The notes under the pieces: generated by a model
Databases searched by the model: none
Told to the model about the DNA's origin: nothing
What the model saw: only the letters and a program-made list of their open reading frames with translations
Translations under genes and position numbers: made by a program
NCBI GenBank assembly: GCA_964484845.1
Contig: CAZAHL010000001.1
Location: forward strand, 2,878 to 66,877
Length of the DNA: 64,000 nt
Origin: an uncultured Chryseolinea sp.
Lineage (GTDB): Bacteria > Bacteroidota > Bacteroidia > Cytophagales > Cyclobacteriaceae
Reading direction: 5' to 3'
In this document: positions 9,058 to 17,653 of the stretch, piece after piece
Position numbering within the stretch: the first letter of the stretch is position 1
How the letters are laid out: each line of letters opens with the position of its first letter

Positions 9058-9366
9058 AGTTTTTCGTTAAGAAATGTTTAAGCACATTCTACCAAAGCGG
9101 ACAAAATTTTATCCACTCATGTCATCGCTTCTACCGAAACAAACTGCGACGTCGCATAGAATTAGCCTCATAGCAAGCAAATAGGACATGCATATGGCAT
9201 GCGTCATATGCAACGTTATGGGTATTGGACAATACCCTGATCGGAATTAATAAACTTCCATTATTTACCGTACGTGCAAATTTGCTTTACGCATAGCGGC
9301 TGAAACAAAAGTATATCTCTCCAGCAATTGCCAGGGTTTTTGGTTTAGGAAAGCCGTTAAAAAGAA

Positions 9367-9915
9367 TTATGAAATATGGCCTTCCGGTGGATGGATAATG
9401 GAAGGATAAAAGTCGGAGATGAAAATATTGATATTGGTTTGCTTCACAACGTCACATACCCATCCTGGCGAAAACTGAATTATCGAGAAGCTTCGGGTCA
9501 AGTAGTCTTTAATGAAACTATAAGATATTGTTGACTGAGATTGGTTATCCGAGTGATTATCAGTAAACGTTTTAACATAGCTTGTCCATGCCTGATTGAT
9601 ATAGGCAAGCTCCTGATCTTTGACACAAACAACCTGAAGAGTATCCTGAAAAAGTCGCTGTTTCACCAATCGATAAAATTCGCCTTTATGTTCAAACAGT
9701 CCATCAACCCTTTCAAATTCTTCAGAATCTGAAGCATAAGGAACGGAAATGGGGATTTTAACAGTTACCATTTCAGCCTCATTGTAGTCTCCCAAATCCA
9801 GCTTCTGGAGCATTTCCACATTATTCTGGTACCTAAGGCCCATGAAAAATCCATAATATCCAAGAGTATTAGATAGAATCAGCCCGACAAATACTATGGA
9901 GAAAAGTCTTTTCAA
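9367..9915 (-). CDS. Hypothetical membrane-anchored protein
   Basis: 182-aa ORF with an N-terminal TM/signal anchor (LFSIVFVGLILSNTLGYYGFFMGL). No motif recognised. Confidence 0.5.
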   Translation of the reverse strand: MKRLFSIVFVGLILSNTLGYYGFFMGLRYQNNVEMLQKLDLGDYNEAEMVTVKIPISVPYASDSEEFERVDGLFEHKGEFYRLVKQRLFQDTLQVVCVKDQELAYINQAWTSYVKTFTDNHSDNQSQSTISYSFIKDYLTRSFSIIQFSPGWVCDVVKQTNINIFISDFYPSIIHPPEGHIS

Positions 9916-10049
9916 TTTTTTAAGATTAACGCCAACTTAAATAAAAATAAATAAAAATCTACATTTCTTCTATAAATGGATTGCAAATAATAGATGGCCC
10001 GTCAATTACAAATCAAATTTCTCCCAACTGTTATAAACCAAATATTCTG

Positions 10050-10568
10050 TTACAGTTTCAATATCTGTGAAGCATGCTCCTTCGTATCAACCTTGTCTAT
10101 TATACTTGTTATTATTCCTTTTTCATCGATCAAAAAAGTAGTTCGTGCTGTACCAAAGAATTTTTTTCCATCACGTTCTTTTTCAACCCAAACTCCGTAT
10201 TTCTGATTGATTGATTTATCTGTGTCCGCCACAAGGGAAAATGGCAGACTGTATTTTTGCTGAAATTCTTTATGAGACGCTTCATCATCTGTACTTACTC
10301 CGAGCACTTCATAGCCCTCGTCTGTTAGTGCGTCCATATTGTCGCGAAGATTACAGGCTTCCTGGGTACAACCTGGAGTCTGGTCTTTAGGATAGAAGTA
10401 TAAAATCACTTTTTTGCCTTTGAAAGCGCTCAGACTAATTTGTTTTCCGTCTTGGTCCTTAGCAGTAAAATCCGGCGCTTTGTCACCGGCTTTTAAAGGA
10501 GATTGAGAAAAACTATCCATAGAATAAAAATTAAAAATTATCGAACAAACCAACAAGAAGGATTTCAT
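10050..10568 (-). CDS. bcp: Thiol peroxidase / peroxiredoxin Bcp, secreted form
   Basis: 172 aa. Signal peptide followed by GDKAPDFTAKDQDGKQISLSAFKGKKVILYFYPKDQTPGCTQEACNLRDN, the canonical Bcp/PrxQ active-site context (PGCT). Confidence 0.85.
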   Translation of the reverse strand: MKSFLLVCSIIFNFYSMDSFSQSPLKAGDKAPDFTAKDQDGKQISLSAFKGKKVILYFYPKDQTPGCTQEACNLRDNMDALTDEGYEVLGVSTDDEASHKEFQQKYSLPFSLVADTDKSINQKYGVWVEKERDGKKFFGTARTTFLIDEKGIITSIIDKVDTKEHASQILKL

Positions 10569-10780
10569 ACACTATCATTTATACATTAAATATAATACTG
10601 TTTCAGAACCATCGCTATTGTTTAATTGAATAATATACATTCGGTACGTCCACAAGTAGCTTAACGCTATTTTTGAAATCATTTTTTTCAACCTCAGGCA
10701 ACCCTTTTGTCTTTTAAGCTGTAATTCTTAGTAGGACTGCGCAATCCGTTAATTGGAACTTGAACACTAATCTTAAAATT

Positions 10781-12370
10781 ATGCACCGCCTTAAAAAAAT
10801 ACTTCTTCCGTTGCCTGCTATTATATTCCTTTCGATATGCCTTTCCGGTTGTTCAGATGATGATCCCATCAATGTGGGTATTATTACACTTCAGAATAGT
10901 AGCACTTTAGGTGACTTTCTTGTAGATGGTAACGGAAAAACGCTTTACTTTTTTACAAAGGATGTCGCGGGCCAAAGTCAATGCACCGGTGGATGCCTTA
11001 CTGATTGGCCTATCTATTATGCGCCGGATCTACAGCCTGGAAATGGAATAGACCTCGATGATTTCACTACCATTACCCGAAGCGATGGCACAAATCAGAC
11101 AGCTTATAAAGGCTGGCCATTGTACTATTTTAAAAGTGATAATGCATCGGGTGACACCCATGGAGAAGCGGTAGGCAACGTATGGTTTGTTGCAAAACCG
11201 AATTACTCTATCATGCTTGCTGATGCGCAATTGGTAGGTAAAGATGGAAAGAGCTATACAAGTAGTTATCAGGAAGGTGTTGGTGAAACTCAATATTTTG
11301 TTGACTCCGAAGGAAATACTTTGTATACCTTTATTAAAGATTATAAAAACGTTAACAAATTCACAGCGCCGAATTTAAGCAATAATGGCGTCTGGCCCAT
11401 CTTTCACGTAGATATCGACGCGTTGCCAAGTACATTAAATGCCAGTGATTTTGGTGAAATCGATGTATACGGAAATCCACAACTCGCTTACAAAGGGAAT
11501 CCGTTATACTATTTCGGGGAAGATGCCAGTCGCGGTGAAAACAAGGGCGTAAGTGTGCCTACGCCGGGAATTTGGCCCGTTGCCACGTCACAAACAACGG
11601 CAGCACTAGAGCAACCGACCGTAATGTTGAAAAATGATCCTACCTTGGGAAATATTTTGACAGATAATCAAGGCCGTTCGCTGTATTTTTTTGCGCGTGA
11701 GACAAAAGGCACCAGTGCCTGCACGGGTGATTGCCTGAAACGTTGGCCCATTTTTCATGTTGAGCAACTTGTGTTACCACAAGGCGGACCCTTACTTGAA
11801 GCAGACTTTGGAAGTATTGGCGACGGCGCTTCGAAACAACGTACATACAAGGGCAGACCACTGTATTATTATTCTGCTACAAACGATACTGTTATAGAGG
11901 CTGCAGGGCTGACGGGGGGAAATGCCATTGGTAACATATGGTATGTAGCAACACCCGATTACAGTTTAATGGTAGCAAGCGCCCAACTCATTGGACTTGA
12001 CGGAAAAAACTATACAAGCACATATGTTGAAGGAACGGGAAACACCCGGTATTTCACGGATACTGCTGTCCGCACTCTTTACATTTTCGTGAATGATAAA
12101 AAAAATACGAATACGTTTACTACAGCCAACTTCAGCAACGATGCTGCGTGGCCCATATTTCACGTGACGATCGATCGTTTACCAACCGGCATGAACGCCG
12201 CTGACTTTTCTGAAATCAATGTGCATGGACGAATGCAACTGACCTATAAAGGCTGGCCAATCTATTATTTTGGCCAGGATACCAATAGAGGCGATAACAA
12301 AGGGGTAAGCGTACCCGTACCTGGTAAGTGGCCTGTTATAAATGGTGACACAGCAGGGGCTCCTTTATAG
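10781..12370 (+). CDS. Lipoprotein built from eight Yx(F/Y)xxD secreted-repeat modules (COG4315 / Lipoprotein_15-like)
   Basis: The start is moved to ATG 10781 (MHRLKKILL...); the track start at 10760 is a TTG. Lipobox LSGC. Motifs LYFFTKD, LYYFKSD, LYTFIKD, LYYFGED, LYFFARE, LYIFVND and IYYFGQD recur. The two halves of the protein are clear duplicates. Confidence 0.7.
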   Translation: MHRLKKILLPLPAIIFLSICLSGCSDDDPINVGIITLQNSSTLGDFLVDGNGKTLYFFTKDVAGQSQCTGGCLTDWPIYYAPDLQPGNGIDLDDFTTITRSDGTNQTAYKGWPLYYFKSDNASGDTHGEAVGNVWFVAKPNYSIMLADAQLVGKDGKSYTSSYQEGVGETQYFVDSEGNTLYTFIKDYKNVNKFTAPNLSNNGVWPIFHVDIDALPSTLNASDFGEIDVYGNPQLAYKGNPLYYFGEDASRGENKGVSVPTPGIWPVATSQTTAALEQPTVMLKNDPTLGNILTDNQGRSLYFFARETKGTSACTGDCLKRWPIFHVEQLVLPQGGPLLEADFGSIGDGASKQRTYKGRPLYYYSATNDTVIEAAGLTGGNAIGNIWYVATPDYSLMVASAQLIGLDGKNYTSTYVEGTGNTRYFTDTAVRTLYIFVNDKKNTNTFTTANFSNDAAWPIFHVTIDRLPTGMNAADFSEINVHGRMQLTYKGWPIYYFGQDTNRGDNKGVSVPVPGKWPVINGDTAGAPL

Positions 12371-12404
12371 CTAAAAACTTTTCAAAAATCTCTGTGTTTG
12401 AATC

Positions 12405-12442
12405 GGGATGTCCGGAGTAATCCAGGCATCCCTTTTCTTTTT
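12405..12442 (+). terminator. Probable Rho-independent terminator
   Basis: GGGATG (12405..12410) pairs with CATCCC (12427..12432), followed by TTTTCTTTTT (12433..12442). It starts 35 bp after the stop of the 10781..12370 gene. Confidence 0.55.
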
Positions 12443-12694
12443 ATCCTCATGATCCCTATTAAAGGGTTCTTAGGTCAAAGAAATTCTTCCCATTATAAGA
12501 AAAAAAAATCCAGTTTGGTGGAATGCTACGGCTTAAATGGGCTCAAAAACATATTACCTCCATCATCAAATCATTCCCAATCAACAACTTAGCGTTTAGG
12601 CCCTTTTGTCGATACGAAATACGAGTCATTGGCTTAATAATTGGCCAATCGCTAAAGACTCATAGCACTATTAAGGGCATAAGTTCAATTCTAC

Positions 12695-13309
12695 ATGAGA
12701 ATAGCAGGTGTTACATTTTTACTGTTGATTGTGTTTTCAACCATTGGTACCATTTTTTGGTACCAGGAAGTGCAATATCTTCTACCAACGCCGCAGCCGA
12801 AAAATTATCATGCAATCTTGCCCAATGAACCAATTAAAATTGATACGACGCTTATTTCGGAACAGCATTCGAAACCGAAACTATTTCATTTTTTCAGCCC
12901 TGATTGTCCCTGCTCGCGATTCAACATCAAGCATTTCCTTACGCTAAAAAGAAAATATAAGAATGAAATAGATTTTTATGCGGTAGTCACCGACGAACAG
13001 AAAATATCGTCTGCCAAAAAAATGCTTGACGACGACATTATCATACTTATTGACAGGGAAGAAAAACTTGCGAAAGCATGTGGCGTATACTCTACTCCTC
13101 AAGCAGCGATTCTTCAAACTGATAACAAACTATTTTTCAGAGGAAATTACAACAAGGCCCGGTATTGTACGAATAAGAATAGCAACTTCGTTCAAATGGC
13201 GTTGGATTCTTTGGTTGCCAAAAAAAATCCACCTCACTTTAGCGAGTTAGCAACTGATTCTTATGGATGCGTTCTCTCTCAACCTGAAGATCCCTCTATA
13301 TCACTATGA
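12695..13309 (+). CDS. Membrane-anchored thioredoxin-fold protein with a CPC motif
   Basis: 204 aa with an N-terminal signal anchor (VTFLLLIVFSTIGTIFWY). LFHFFSPDCPCSRFN sits at the usual Trx-fold active-site position, and GVYSTPQAAIL resembles the cis-Pro loop. Confidence 0.5.
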   Translation: MRIAGVTFLLLIVFSTIGTIFWYQEVQYLLPTPQPKNYHAILPNEPIKIDTTLISEQHSKPKLFHFFSPDCPCSRFNIKHFLTLKRKYKNEIDFYAVVTDEQKISSAKKMLDDDIIILIDREEKLAKACGVYSTPQAAILQTDNKLFFRGNYNKARYCTNKNSNFVQMALDSLVAKKNPPHFSELATDSYGCVLSQPEDPSISL

Positions 13310-14292
13310 GTAAATACTCCTTAACTACAACAGAGCTGAAAGAGTTATATAAGGAGCTCCATGTGAAATCGGATAAGATCGTGGCATTCGTATTAATCTT
13401 TATGTTTCTATTTGGAATTTTCATTGCCCTATTTTATGAAACTTGGTTAGTGGCTTTTGGAGTGGGTGGATTATGTTTGTTCGCTTACTTTATCACGAAA
13501 AAATTATTACCAAACCACGATGCATATCAATATGTGCTAAGTGCCATATTTGCGATTTTTGCTGCACAATATATTTACCAGATGCATGGAATGGCTGAAA
13601 TGCATTTTTGGGTATTCATTAGCGCTACAGTACTGATCATCTATCAAAATTGGAGATTGCAAATTCCACTCATTGTAATTGTCTGTATTCACCATGCATC
13701 TTTTGCTTATTTACAATATGCTGGATTTAAAGAAATATATTTTACGCAATTGGAATATATGGATTTAACATCTTTTCTTTTTCATGCTGTCCTTGCGGCC
13801 TGCGTATCTCTGGTTTCAGCCCTTTGGAGTTACAATCTTCGAACGCGAACAGTACAAGACGCTATGAACTATAGAGCCCTTGCAAAAATGCAGGCTGAGC
13901 TTCAACAGAATGCAGAAAAGTTAGATGAACTTAACAAGCACCTGATAACAGTTAACAAAGAGGTGCAGACCAAAAACGAAGAATTGGAGGCCTATGGCGA
14001 AGAGCTCCTGGCATCGGAAGAAGAGTTGAAACTGATTAATGAAAACCTAAATAACCTGGTTGAGAATAGAACACAAGCTGTAATAAAACAAAATGAAAAA
14101 TTAGTACAGCATGCGTTTATCAATGCCCACAAAGTCCGAAGTCCTTTGGCGCGCATCGTGGGTCTCGTTAATTTAATTGAATATGAAGTGAAATTGGAAG
14201 CCAATGGCAAAGAATTAATTGAACGACTCCAAAACTCAACAGATGAACTTGATATAATTCTGAAGGAGGTCCGGATTAACCTGGAGGAGTGA
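13306..14292 (+). CDS. Polytopic membrane protein with coiled coil and HisKA-like dimerisation/phosphoacceptor domain but no ATPase domain
   Basis: 328 aa with about 6 TM helices, followed by a coiled coil (AKMQAELQQNAEKLDELNKHL...). The H-box-like NAHKVRSPLARIVGLVNLI is followed by only ~55 residues before the stop. The start overlaps the upstream stop (ATGA at 13306..13309). Confidence 0.6.
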   Translation: MSKYSLTTTELKELYKELHVKSDKIVAFVLIFMFLFGIFIALFYETWLVAFGVGGLCLFAYFITKKLLPNHDAYQYVLSAIFAIFAAQYIYQMHGMAEMHFWVFISATVLIIYQNWRLQIPLIVIVCIHHASFAYLQYAGFKEIYFTQLEYMDLTSFLFHAVLAACVSLVSALWSYNLRTRTVQDAMNYRALAKMQAELQQNAEKLDELNKHLITVNKEVQTKNEELEAYGEELLASEEELKLINENLNNLVENRTQAVIKQNEKLVQHAFINAHKVRSPLARIVGLVNLIEYEVKLEANGKELIERLQNSTDELDIILKEVRINLEE

Positions 14293-14304
14293 CACGAGTG
14301 GTAA

Positions 14305-14332
14305 GTTAATCGTGAAATGTTAATCGTGAAAA
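14305..14332. repeat. Tandem 14-mer (GTTAATCGTGAAAT)x2
   Basis: gttaatcgtgaaat gttaatcgtgaaaa, read directly. It starts 13 bp after the stop at 14292 and shares the TTAATCG word with 981..1004. Confidence 0.85.
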
Positions 14333-14448
14333 TACCCTTCATAGTCAACGAGTGCCAGTAAAACGCATCTTCTGCCCTACTTAACACGAGAAATACTCTA
14401 AGCAAAGAAGCTTACACCCAGACACTCCAACAAAAACTACTGAAATCA

Positions 14449-14682
14449 TTATTTCAACTCACAGAAAAAATCCTCTAAAGTAAGTTTATGAATAGCTAGA
14501 AGCTTCGTTAAACTTTTAAGCGTCAGGTTGGTTTTGCCATTTTCTATTCTCCAATATTGAATTTCGGGAAGCTTATATGCCTTGGCAAAATCTCTGATGG
14601 TATCATATCCCTTTCTTTTTCTTAACTCGCTTAATCCAGATCCAATTTGTTGTAGTTTGACATCCAATGTTTTTGTTTTCAT
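14449..14682 (-). CDS. XRE-family helix-turn-helix transcriptional regulator
   Basis: 77 aa. LRKRKGYDTIRDFAKAYKLPEIQYWRIENGKTNLTLKSLTKLLAIHKLTLEDFF is a typical Cro/C1-type HTH. Confidence 0.75.
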   Translation of the reverse strand: MKTKTLDVKLQQIGSGLSELRKRKGYDTIRDFAKAYKLPEIQYWRIENGKTNLTLKSLTKLLAIHKLTLEDFFCELK

Positions 14683-14923
14683 AACATGGTGGTATTTTAT
14701 TAATAGTTATCAATTAATTTGCCATATCATTTTATGAGTGTTTAACGTGGTCCTGATAAAAAATTTAATCGATACAGACGTCTTTTTGTAGAAAAATGTC
14801 ATCATCCAATGTGATGAAAAAATTCCCTTTACCCTTCAGGGAAATAAATGTTTGCGTTGTGAAAGTCATGCCAATATCGAACACCAGTTGGTTACAAGCG
14901 TTCGCTAATAAGGCCAAAAACCG

Positions 14924-14931
14924 TAATTTTG
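14924..14931 (+). promoter_or_regulatory. Candidate Bacteroidota -7 promoter box (TAATTTTG matches TAnnTTTG)
   Basis: Exact match to the TAnnTTTG consensus, about 70 bp upstream of ATG 15001. I saw no convincing -33 TTTG element. Confidence 0.3.
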
Positions 14932-15000
14932 TATGAAAAAGGTTGCTCTTTTTTGATGGCACGCTTTTGTTATGCCTGTGGTTTCACAGATTATTGCTTT

Positions 15001-17430
15001 ATGCTAAAACATTACCTTCTCATCTCCTGGAGAAACATTCTTAGAAATAAATTTTATACAATCATTCTTGTTCTCGGGTTGGCTATCGGCATAGCCGCTT
15101 CTTTACTGTTGGGGATGTACACCTGGCATGAGATGACGTATGACAACTTCCATGAGAAAAAAGACAGGATCTTTTTAGTTGGTGTACATGGAAAAGAGGG
15201 TGACAACGAATGGACAGGGGGCTGGACCACTCCACCTACCGGCCCAGCGCTGCAGGCATTTTTTCCGGAAATAGAATCATCTGTGCGATTATGCCTTTGG
15301 TTTGAAGATGTTATGGTTTCGAAGGATGATAAACAGCATATCGAAAATAAAATCATCGGTGCAGATTCATCGATTTTCCAGGTTTTCACTATTCCTTTCG
15401 TTGCAGGCGATCCCCGCACAGCTCTTAAGGAACCAAACACGGTTGTTATCACGGAGAAGATTGCCAAAAAGTATTTTGGTGATCAAAATCCCCTAGGACA
15501 AACATTGCATTTCGAACAGTTCTTTAGTGAGTGCAAAGTTACAGGTGTTATCAAAGACTATCCCGATAACAGTCATTTTGATCTTGATATTTTGCTTTCG
15601 TTAAGTTCCTTGAAGACGATCAACTTTGATTTTACGAATAGCTGGCAGAATCATACTTTCAGCACATATGTATTGCTCGATAGACATGCAAAAGCTGAAA
15701 AAATTGAAAGCGCCCTCCCTCAGTTTGTACAAAAAAATCTGGAGCCTTACCTGCTAAAGCAATATCAAAAGTCGTACAGTGAAATATACAAGGGAGGTGA
15801 TCAATACAATTTATTTCTGATGCCATTAAAGGATGTGCACCTCAGCACGATGATCTTTGAAAACCGGGAAGGGAAACGCATGCTTACATACGCCTTGGGA
15901 GTCATTGGATTTATCATTATCATGCTGGTGTGTATCAACTACACAAATTTAGCGACTGTCCTTTCATTTTCGCGAGCCAAAGAAGTAGGAATACGCAAGG
16001 CAACCGGAAGCAGAAGCGATTCATTATTCAAGCAATTTTTAATTGAGTCCGTTATGTTGGTATTCTTTGGACTCATTATCGGCCTGGGACTAATCGAAAT
16101 CTGTCTGCCAATTTTTAATACACTAACCAACCAGCATTTGAGTATTAATTATTTCAATCCGCTTTTAGTAGTAGGTCTTATAGCGTTTACAATAACATTA
16201 GGGTTAGTCTCGGGATTCTATCCCGCGTTAACTTTTTCTTCTTTTAACCCCATTCGGGCCCTTAAGGGTAATGCCGTTATAAAAGGCAATCATCCATGGC
16301 TTCGAAATTCGCTGGTGATCTTTCAGTTTACAATTTGTATTGTCATGATCGTGAGTACGCTTGTTGTCTATAAGCAACTTACATTTATGACAGACAAAAA
16401 TGTAGGATTTGCAAAGGACCAAGTCCTTGTTATTAAAAGACCTGGAGGACTAAAAGACAATAAAACAGTTTTTAAAAATGAGTTACTCAAACATTCAGAC
16501 ATCCTCAGTGTAAGCTATTCGGAAACTACACCAGGCCGGCACTTTAATGGACATGGCCAACATCTCGCGGGCACACCGGCTGACCAAATGTATACTATTT
16601 ATCCGCTTATTGGAGATGATGATATTTTGCAAACATTGGACCTTGAACTCATACAAGGAAAGGGGTTTAAAGACCAGAAAACAAAAAATCCAAAAGCCAT
16701 TCTAAATGAAGCTGCTGTAAAAATGTTGAACCTTGAAAATCCCCTGGGACAGACTATCGACCGAGGCACGCTCGGCAACAAAGACGTTGATGTTATAGGT
16801 GTCGTTAAAGATTTTCATTTTAAATCTTTTCACTATGCAATCGAGCCTTTAATTATTTACCCATTGGATGTAGAGAATGACACATTGCATCGTGCAACTT
16901 ACATCCTGGTTAAGATAAACGGGAAAAATATTGCATCCACATTACAGCACATCCAGGAAATCTGGAAAAAACAAGCCGCCGCGTATCCGTTCGACTATTC
17001 GTTTCTTGATGAAGATTTCAACCGGCTTTTCGAAAGGGAAAATACAATGGCAAAAGTATATACTCTATTTTCCATAATCTCAGTTAGTATTGCCTGCCTT
17101 GGACTGTTGGGATTGGCTTCCTTCTTTGCCAGTAAACGCACAAAAGAAGTGGGCATCCGAAAAATCGTGGGGGCTTCCATTGGCAATATTGCCATTCTCC
17201 TTTCCCGGGATTTCATGAAATGGATTATTACTGCGATTATACTCGGTTCATCACTTTCATGGTACTTAATGCATCGATGGCTACAAAATTTTGTTTATCA
17301 AACGGAGCTCAATTGGTGGATTTTTGTTTTGGCAGGAGGTTGCATTTTGATCATTGCTTTAATTACAGTTGGTTGGCATTTATACAAGGCAGCAACACGA
17401 AATCCGGTGGAGACTTTACGGTATGAATGA
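15001..17430 (+). CDS. FtsX/MacB-like ABC transporter permease (two FtsX domains with MacB-type periplasmic domains)
   Basis: The start is moved to MLKHYLLISWRNILRNKFYTIIL (15001), the family-typical N-terminus. KEVGIRKATGS and KEVGIRKIVGAS are the two FtsX-domain signatures. Confidence 0.85.
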   Translation: MLKHYLLISWRNILRNKFYTIILVLGLAIGIAASLLLGMYTWHEMTYDNFHEKKDRIFLVGVHGKEGDNEWTGGWTTPPTGPALQAFFPEIESSVRLCLWFEDVMVSKDDKQHIENKIIGADSSIFQVFTIPFVAGDPRTALKEPNTVVITEKIAKKYFGDQNPLGQTLHFEQFFSECKVTGVIKDYPDNSHFDLDILLSLSSLKTINFDFTNSWQNHTFSTYVLLDRHAKAEKIESALPQFVQKNLEPYLLKQYQKSYSEIYKGGDQYNLFLMPLKDVHLSTMIFENREGKRMLTYALGVIGFIIIMLVCINYTNLATVLSFSRAKEVGIRKATGSRSDSLFKQFLIESVMLVFFGLIIGLGLIEICLPIFNTLTNQHLSINYFNPLLVVGLIAFTITLGLVSGFYPALTFSSFNPIRALKGNAVIKGNHPWLRNSLVIFQFTICIVMIVSTLVVYKQLTFMTDKNVGFAKDQVLVIKRPGGLKDNKTVFKNELLKHSDILSVSYSETTPGRHFNGHGQHLAGTPADQMYTIYPLIGDDDILQTLDLELIQGKGFKDQKTKNPKAILNEAAVKMLNLENPLGQTIDRGTLGNKDVDVIGVVKDFHFKSFHYAIEPLIIYPLDVENDTLHRATYILVKINGKNIASTLQHIQEIWKKQAAAYPFDYSFLDEDFNRLFERENTMAKVYTLFSIISVSIACLGLLGLASFFASKRTKEVGIRKIVGASIGNIAILLSRDFMKWIITAIILGSSLSWYLMHRWLQNFVYQTELNWWIFVLAGGCILIIALITVGWHLYKAATRNPVETLRYE

Positions 17431-17440
17431 GTTTTGTTAC

Positions 17441-17468
17441 AATTAGCAATGGGCAATAGGCAATGAGC
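17441..17468. repeat. Heptamer array aattagc aatgggc aataggc aatgagc (GCAATRR units)
   Basis: Read directly. It starts 11 bp after the stop at 17430. In mRNA sense it shows the same GCAATRR unit as the array after the sigma gene at 1018..1080. Confidence 0.8.
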
Positions 17469-17653
17469 ATTTCTCGCTCTATCGTTCCCTGCTCCGAAAT
17501 AAATTCAGATTTTTTTACCATTTGTTCCGCTTGAGGCGGCATTTTTTTAGTTGCGCATTCTTTAATGCTTATTACATATCTTTTAATATGTTCTTCACAT
17601 TTTGCAATCACAATATTCCTATCATTGTATCAACTGGGATATAGCCAAATTTT

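Noticed and set aside
12398-12828. Small ORFs at 12398..12592 and 12523..12828 between the lipoprotein gene and the Trx-fold gene, plus 12729..12947 and 13026..13250 inside the Trx-fold gene.
   Set aside because: They overlap one another, the terminator or the better-supported 12695..13309 CDS. They have no motifs and poor composition.
14765-14962. 65-aa ORF upstream of the XRE gene, considered as a possible toxin of a toxin-antitoxin pair (HigB/HigA-like order).
   Set aside because: It has no RelE/HigB-like motifs. An 82-bp gap separates it from the XRE gene. It also overlaps the probable promoter region of the FtsX permease. The evidence is too weak to call a gene.
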